In this document: positions 57,786 to 64,000 of the stretch, piece after piece
Numbering within the stretch: the stretch's first letter is position 1
Layout of the letters: each line of letters begins with the position of its first letter
Assembly: GCA_046732975.1 (NCBI GenBank)
Contig: JBKPOG010000107.1
Location: forward strand, 9,263 to 73,262
Length of the DNA stretch: 64,000 bases
From: Pseudomonadota bacterium
GTDB taxonomy: Bacteria; Pseudomonadota; Alphaproteobacteria; Acetobacterales; Acetobacteraceae
Reading direction: 5' to 3'
Program-made: the position numbers and the translations under genes
Notes under the pieces: generated by a model
Databases searched by the model: none
Told to the model about the DNA's origin: nothing
The model's input: only the letters and a program-made list of their open reading frames with translations

Positions 57786-58556
57786 TCAGGGCCGTCGCGC
57801 TCGCTGCTGTCGTACGAATTCGCCCATCAACAGGCGTGGTTCATCGCTTTGCCATGCCTCGGCGAATCGCTCGATGCCCCGTTGGATCGCCTGGCGCATC
57901 GGGAGGTCCTCCCACTCGGAGATCAGCGCCTTTTGCAAGCGAACTGCATTGGCTCCCGAGGCCAGGATCGACCCGACCAGGCGCTCGACGGCGGCGTCAA
58001 GCTGGTCCGCCGGCACGACTGTCTCAACCAGGCCCCACGATGACGCGGTCACGGCATCGATCCTATCGCCGGTGAGCAACCACTGCCGCGTCCGCCCCCA
58101 GCCAATCAACTGCGGCAGTAGTGCCGCTTCCACCACCGAAGGCACACCAAGCCGCACCTCCGGCATACCAAATTGCGCATCCGTGCTGGCCACCCGCATG
58201 TCGCAGGCGGCAGCGAGCTCGACGCCGGCGCCAAAGACATAACCCTGGATGCGTGCAATCACCGGCACCGGCAGGCGACGGAATACATCGCAACTCCGGT
58301 GCACCCGGGTAATGAACGCGCGGGCGGACCCCGGCTGAAGTTCTGCCATCTCGTTGATGTCGGCGCCGCCGACAAACGCACGTTCGCCCGCGCCGCGCAG
58401 GATGACGGCACGCAGCGTGCGGTCGGCGGCGAGCTGCTCGGCGGCGGCGATCAGGTCGGTCATCACCGCGGTGTTGAGGGTGTTCAGCTTGGCCTCGTTG
58501 TGGATGGTCAGCATGGCAATCCCGCGCCCATCCTGCTGCACGCTGACCCAACCCAT
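57786..58556 (-). CDS. enoyl-CoA hydratase/isomerase (crotonase) family protein
   Basis: It has LRGAGERAFVGGADINEM, GYVFGAGVELAAACDMRVAS and FGMPEVRLGVPS. The start is MGWVSVQQDGRGIAMLTI at 58556. Confidence 0.88.
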   Translation of the reverse strand: MGWVSVQQDGRGIAMLTIHNEAKLNTLNTAVMTDLIAAAEQLAADRTLRAVILRGAGERAFVGGADINEMAELQPGSARAFITRVHRSCDVFRRLPVPVIARIQGYVFGAGVELAAACDMRVASTDAQFGMPEVRLGVPSVVEAALLPQLIGWGRTRQWLLTGDRIDAVTASSWGLVETVVPADQLDAAVERLVGSILASGANAVRLQKALISEWEDLPMRQAIQRGIERFAEAWQSDEPRLLMGEFVRQQRARRP

Positions 58557-58625
58557 GGCACCCTCGCCAATTGCCCGACGCGTCGCGCCATCCCATACTG
58601 GCCATCCACCTGTCGAGAGGAGGCA

Positions 58626-58844
58626 ATGGCGATCGCTCCACTCCAGCCGCATAGGTCGTGGTACCGGCACTTCTGGTATGCCGAGCGCTCGCCCCGAGAC
58701 ACGCTCGTGGATCGCTCACTGCTGTTCGCAATCGTCGCCTTGTCGCTGATTGCCGGCGGTTTGGTGATGGCCCGCGACCAAGCCGCGACTATCGGCGCCG
58801 AACGGCTTGCCGGCTCCGAAGCAAGAGCACTGGCACCGCGATAG
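58626..58844 (+). CDS. possible small membrane protein (72 aa)
   Basis: GAGAGGAGG lies immediately upstream of the ATG. It has one predicted TM helix (LLFAIVALSLIAGGLVMA). It is divergent from the crotonase gene, and no family was recognised. Confidence 0.3.
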   Translation: MAIAPLQPHRSWYRHFWYAERSPRDTLVDRSLLFAIVALSLIAGGLVMARDQAATIGAERLAGSEARALAPR

Positions 58845-58903
58845 ACATCCTGTTCAGGACTCGCCGACGCCAAAGACTGCGGCAATTTCACCACTCGAGC
58901 ATT

Positions 58904-58965
58904 TCATAACGGGATCAATTCTTGTTCGTGCTCAATGGGAAACTTCAGTACCTCTCCCGTTATGA
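58904..58965. repeat. 11-bp perfect inverted repeat (TCATAACGGGA ... TCCCGTTATGA) with a 40-nt spacer in a 300-bp non-coding, lower-GC gap
   Basis: It was read directly: 58904-58914 pairs with 58955-58965. Its function is unknown; it could be an operator, an RNA stem or an element end. Confidence 0.5.
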
Positions 58966-59142
58966 TTGCACTGTATTGCGTTACCTGTTGTTTTCAGGGT
59001 CTTAGGGACGATACCTGAGACGCTGTTTAGAACCGGTCGCGTAGCAAGAGCGAAATCGTACCCTCGAATGCAATTCCTGCTTGCGTCACGGGTCCGTGAG
59101 GACCAGATCACACCACCGTGAGACGCTGGAGACGAGGCTGCG

Positions 59143-59442
59143 ATGCCGCCGAAGTTGGTCCCGAATGTGCCGACAGGCCTCGCCTTCGAGATCGCCGACC
59201 TGATGGTGCTACAGGCCTGGGCCGAGTTCCACGATGTCCAGATGGTCGTGGAACTGGACCATTGCGTCGAGGGCGACGAATATGAAGAGGTTATCGCCTT
59301 CTACGCGCAAGACAGTCAACTCCGACGCTGGATCCTCTGGCGAGCTTCGGATGGGGTCATCGTCCAACCGTTGATCGGTCGAAGCAACCGGTTCAGCACC
59401 GTGGCCGAAGCGCTCGAAACCCTTGTGCCGATGCGCTCGTAG
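59143..59442 (+). CDS. hypothetical acidic protein (99 aa)
   Basis: The ORF has GGAGACGAGG upstream of the ATG. Composition looks protein-like and no family was recognised. Confidence 0.45.
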   Translation: MPPKLVPNVPTGLAFEIADLMVLQAWAEFHDVQMVVELDHCVEGDEYEEVIAFYAQDSQLRRWILWRASDGVIVQPLIGRSNRFSTVAEALETLVPMRS

Positions 59443-59452
59443 GGAACTTCAG

Positions 59453-60679
59453 CTATGACCTGTAAGAGCCGTTGATATCGATATAACCGTGGGTCAGATC
59501 GCACGTCCAAACGGTAGACTTGCCACGGCCTATCCCGAGATCAATGGAGATCTCCACTTCTCGCCCCTTCATGTGCTCGACCACCGGTTTCTCGTCATAG
59601 CCAGGTACCACGCCGCCGTCGCGCGCCATCCAGACGCCACCCACCGCAACCGATAATTTGTCTCGATCTGCCGGTTCACCGGCTTTGCCGACCGCCATAA
59701 CGATCCGACCCCAGTTGGCGTCCTCGCCAGCAATCGCGGTCTTCACCAGCGGCGAGTTAGCGACCGCCATCCCGATCCGCTTCGCCGACCGGGCAGTCGC
59801 TGCGCCGGTCACCTCGATGCGGACCAGCTTCTGCGCCCCCTCGCCATCCCGCACCACCTGAAGTGCCAGATCGAGCAGCACCGCATTGAGGGCAGCGGCA
59901 AACTCGCCGAGAACTGCGCCGCCGTCCGCGGGCACCCGGGGGTGCTTCGCCTGGCCGGTCGCGAACAGCAATACCGTATCCGAGGTCGAGGTATCCGAAT
60001 CGACCGTTGTGCAGTTGAAACTGGCGTCGACACCCTTCTTCAGCAATGCCTGCATCGTGGCGGAGGGAAGCTTTGCGTCGGTGCAGATGAAGCAGAGCAT
60101 GGTCGCCATGTCCGGCGCGATCATGCCGCTGCCTTTTGCGATGCCGCTGATCCGGACTTCGGCATCGCCGATTCGCGCGGTGCGGGTGGCGGCCTTGGGG
60201 AAAGTGTCTGTCGTCATGATCCCGCGCGCCACCGCCTCCCAGGCGTCGTCGCGCAAGGATGCGTGCAGTGGCGGTAACGCGGAAACCAGTTTCTCGTGCG
60301 GCAACACCTCGCCAATCACCCCGGTAGACGCGATGAACACCTGCTTCGCCGGGCAACCCACGAGGTCGGCCGCCGCCGCCGCCGTGGCAATGCACGCATC
60401 CCGGCCGGCCCTGCCTGTGAAGACGTTGGCATTGCCGGCATTCACCACTACCGCACGTGCCTTCCCTCCCCCAAGGGCGGCACGGCACCAGTCCACAGGC
60501 GCACCAGGACACTTGCTGGATGTGAATACACCGGCGACGGTGGTGCCGGCGGCCAGTTCCAGCACGACCAGGTCATCGCGACCCTGATATCGGATCCCGG
60601 CCGCCGTGGCGCCGAGGCGCACCCCCGCTACGGGCGGTAGTTCTGGCAACTGGACGGCAAGCGGGGAGACAGGAGGCAT
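59453..60679 (-). CDS. argJ: bifunctional glutamate N-acetyltransferase / amino-acid acetyltransferase
   Basis: It has NAGNANVFTG, KGSGMIAPDMATMLCFICTDA (autoprocessing ATML site), GEDANWGRI and the C-terminal CDLTHGYIDINGSYRS. The start is the ATG at 60679 (408 aa). Confidence 0.93.
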   Translation of the reverse strand: MPPVSPLAVQLPELPPVAGVRLGATAAGIRYQGRDDLVVLELAAGTTVAGVFTSSKCPGAPVDWCRAALGGGKARAVVVNAGNANVFTGRAGRDACIATAAAAADLVGCPAKQVFIASTGVIGEVLPHEKLVSALPPLHASLRDDAWEAVARGIMTTDTFPKAATRTARIGDAEVRISGIAKGSGMIAPDMATMLCFICTDAKLPSATMQALLKKGVDASFNCTTVDSDTSTSDTVLLFATGQAKHPRVPADGGAVLGEFAAALNAVLLDLALQVVRDGEGAQKLVRIEVTGAATARSAKRIGMAVANSPLVKTAIAGEDANWGRIVMAVGKAGEPADRDKLSVAVGGVWMARDGGVVPGYDEKPVVEHMKGREVEISIDLGIGRGKSTVWTCDLTHGYIDINGSYRS

Positions 60680-60704
60680 CAGCGTTTTCCTCGGGTCTGG
60701 GCGG

Positions 60705-61592
60705 CTACTGTTTGGCGGGTGCAGAGGGCGGTTCGGCTGCATCCGTCGCACGGACCTGCGAACCGTCGAGGTTGAATTTTTCCACTGACGCGGCGGCACG
60801 TGCCTTTGCCACTGCCTGCTGCACCCCCTCCTGAATCATCTTCTGACGCAACTGGTCTCGTGCCTGATCGTAGCTTGGAGGCTCAGCCGTTCGGCGCTCG
60901 ACCACAAGGATCACATGCCAGCCGAACTGACTGTGCACAGGCTGTTGCGAGACCTGTCCGGGCTGCAGCGAAAATGCGGCGTCGGCGAACTCCGGTACCA
61001 TTTCGCTCTTCTTGAAGAAACCCAGGTCACCGCCTTGCTGTGCGCCGGCCGTATCTTTGCTGTACTGCTTGGCGAGCGCCGCAAAGTCGGCTCCCCCCTT
61101 AAGTTGGCCGATGATCTTTTTCGCCTCCGCCTCGCTGTCTACCAGAATGTGCTTGGCGTGCACCTCATCCTCGCCGGGCTTGCCGGCCATTTCCTTGTCG
61201 TAGCGGGCATGCACCGCTTCGTCCGTGACCGAGGGTCCCACCTCTTTGCTCAGGACAGCGGTCTGGAGGGCCCGGTCTTCGGCAGCTACCACCTGGCGTT
61301 GCACGCTTGGGTCCTTGTCCAGTCCAGTCTTGCGGGCCTCGTTGGCCAGCGCTCGCCCGTCGATCAATTGATCGAGCAACATGGGGTAAAGCGTCTGCGG
61401 CGGCACGCCTCGCATGCTCTCGGGCAGGCCCTGAGCAGCGTCCTTCAGATCGCTGAGATGGATTGCCTGTCCGTCGACCTTGGCGACGACAGGATCGCTT
61501 GGGGGTTGCGCCGTCGCTTGCGCCCAGCCGGAGACCGGCAAGAGAATCAGGGCGGCGACGAAAAGCGGACCGGCCATGGCAGGGCGAATCAT
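60705..61592 (-). CDS. periplasmic parvulin-type peptidyl-prolyl isomerase (SurA/PpiC-like)
   Basis: It has a signal peptide ending GWAQA. The parvulin domain reads VHAKHILVDSEAEAKKI...GGDLGFFKKSEMVPEFADAAF...SQFGWHVILV. The start is ambiguous (61592, 61622 or 61577). Confidence 0.85.
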   Translation of the reverse strand: MIRPAMAGPLFVAALILLPVSGWAQATAQPPSDPVVAKVDGQAIHLSDLKDAAQGLPESMRGVPPQTLYPMLLDQLIDGRALANEARKTGLDKDPSVQRQVVAAEDRALQTAVLSKEVGPSVTDEAVHARYDKEMAGKPGEDEVHAKHILVDSEAEAKKIIGQLKGGADFAALAKQYSKDTAGAQQGGDLGFFKKSEMVPEFADAAFSLQPGQVSQQPVHSQFGWHVILVVERRTAEPPSYDQARDQLRQKMIQEGVQQAVAKARAAASVEKFNLDGSQVRATDAAEPPSAPAKQ

Positions 61593-61823
61593 CAAGACAC
61601 CTGTTCGGGAAGGCGGGATCATGGCGGAACGCCGTTCGTGCCACAAGGACGGGACCTCTGTGGCAATCGACAGCCCGGCCATTGCCGAGACGGAGCGAGC
61701 GACGAGCGCTGCAGGATGTGTTGTCGTTGACCGAAGCCGGGGCGGGTCCTATCTCAACGCTACACCGGAATTGACCCGGACTCCGCCTGTCCGAACCCCC
61801 GGACAGAATTCCGAGAAGGTCTG

Positions 61824-64000
<2,177 letters not shown>

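Noticed and set aside
58173-58625. The upstream part of the 223-aa plus-strand ORF antisense to the crotonase gene.
   Set aside because: It lies antisense to a well-supported enoyl-CoA hydratase. Only the last 72 codons, which fall beyond the crotonase start and have their own RBS, are kept as a low-confidence small ORF.
59001-59075. A TPP (THI-box) riboswitch-like string: CTGAGA ... GAACC ... GCGTAG inside a closing stem GGGACGAT/ATCGTACCC.
   Set aside because: The P4/P5 pyrophosphate-sensing hairpin (CUGAUCNGG-UAAU-CCNGCG) and the ACCC element are missing. The downstream gene is not thiamine-related. The resemblance is limited to short words that can occur by chance. An Infernal scan with RF00059 would settle it.

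Overview
This is a 64-kb, visibly high-GC chromosomal segment that looks alphaproteobacterial. Synteny such as ftsEX, DUF2125, glnB-glnA, glnK-amtB and argJ-parvulin-secA suggests something Rhodospirillales/Acetobacteraceae-like, but that is an impression, not a search result. I call about 55 intact protein genes and no rRNA, tRNA or CRISPR.

Left to right the window contains:
- a CIO-type cytochrome bd oxidase (cydAB);
- an ftsE-ftsX-DUF218-plsC chain joined by 4-nt overlaps;
- a minus-strand peptide-type ABC importer whose binding-protein gene is broken, followed by a PAL-like NHL propeller translationally coupled to a Rieske oxygenase;
- a cytoplasmic molybdopterin oxidoreductase plus a PanE-like reductase;
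- an RND pump with inverted gene order;
- a decayed CocE/NonD hydrolase;
- djlA and a cell-wall amidase;
- a lower-GC islet (about 28.6-32.6 kb) with orphan ORFs, a GNAT remnant and a 612-aa Ig-repeat protein;
- an MFS/M20 pair, an IS630 transposase scar, and creatininase-hyuB-hyuA;
- an LLM oxidoreductase divergent from a ThDP-enzyme-hutH-hutU operon that lacks hutI/hutG/hutC;
- VOC, ACAD-like and aminotransferase genes;
- the nitrogen block glnB-glnA and glnK-amtB-porin, with sigma54-type promoters;
- SDR, ThDP-enzyme and crotonase genes;
- argJ, a parvulin PPIase, and the first 2.2 kb of secA, which is absent from the supplied ORF track because it runs off the window.

I did not find a recognisable defence system, prophage, integron or CRISPR array. 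The observations I consider most worth following are:
- the Rieske oxygenase + PAL-like lyase pair;
- the ThDP-hutHU operon lying next to a hydantoinase/creatininase/M20 module;
- the orphan low-GC islet, where two hypothetical proteins share a motif;
- the unusual density of precisely explainable gene decay, combined with no DNA-binding regulator anywhere in the window.

All family assignments rest on motif recognition by eye and memory. No database search was run. The ORF track prints alternative start codons (GTG/TTG) as M, and many long ORFs are antisense artefacts of high GC.
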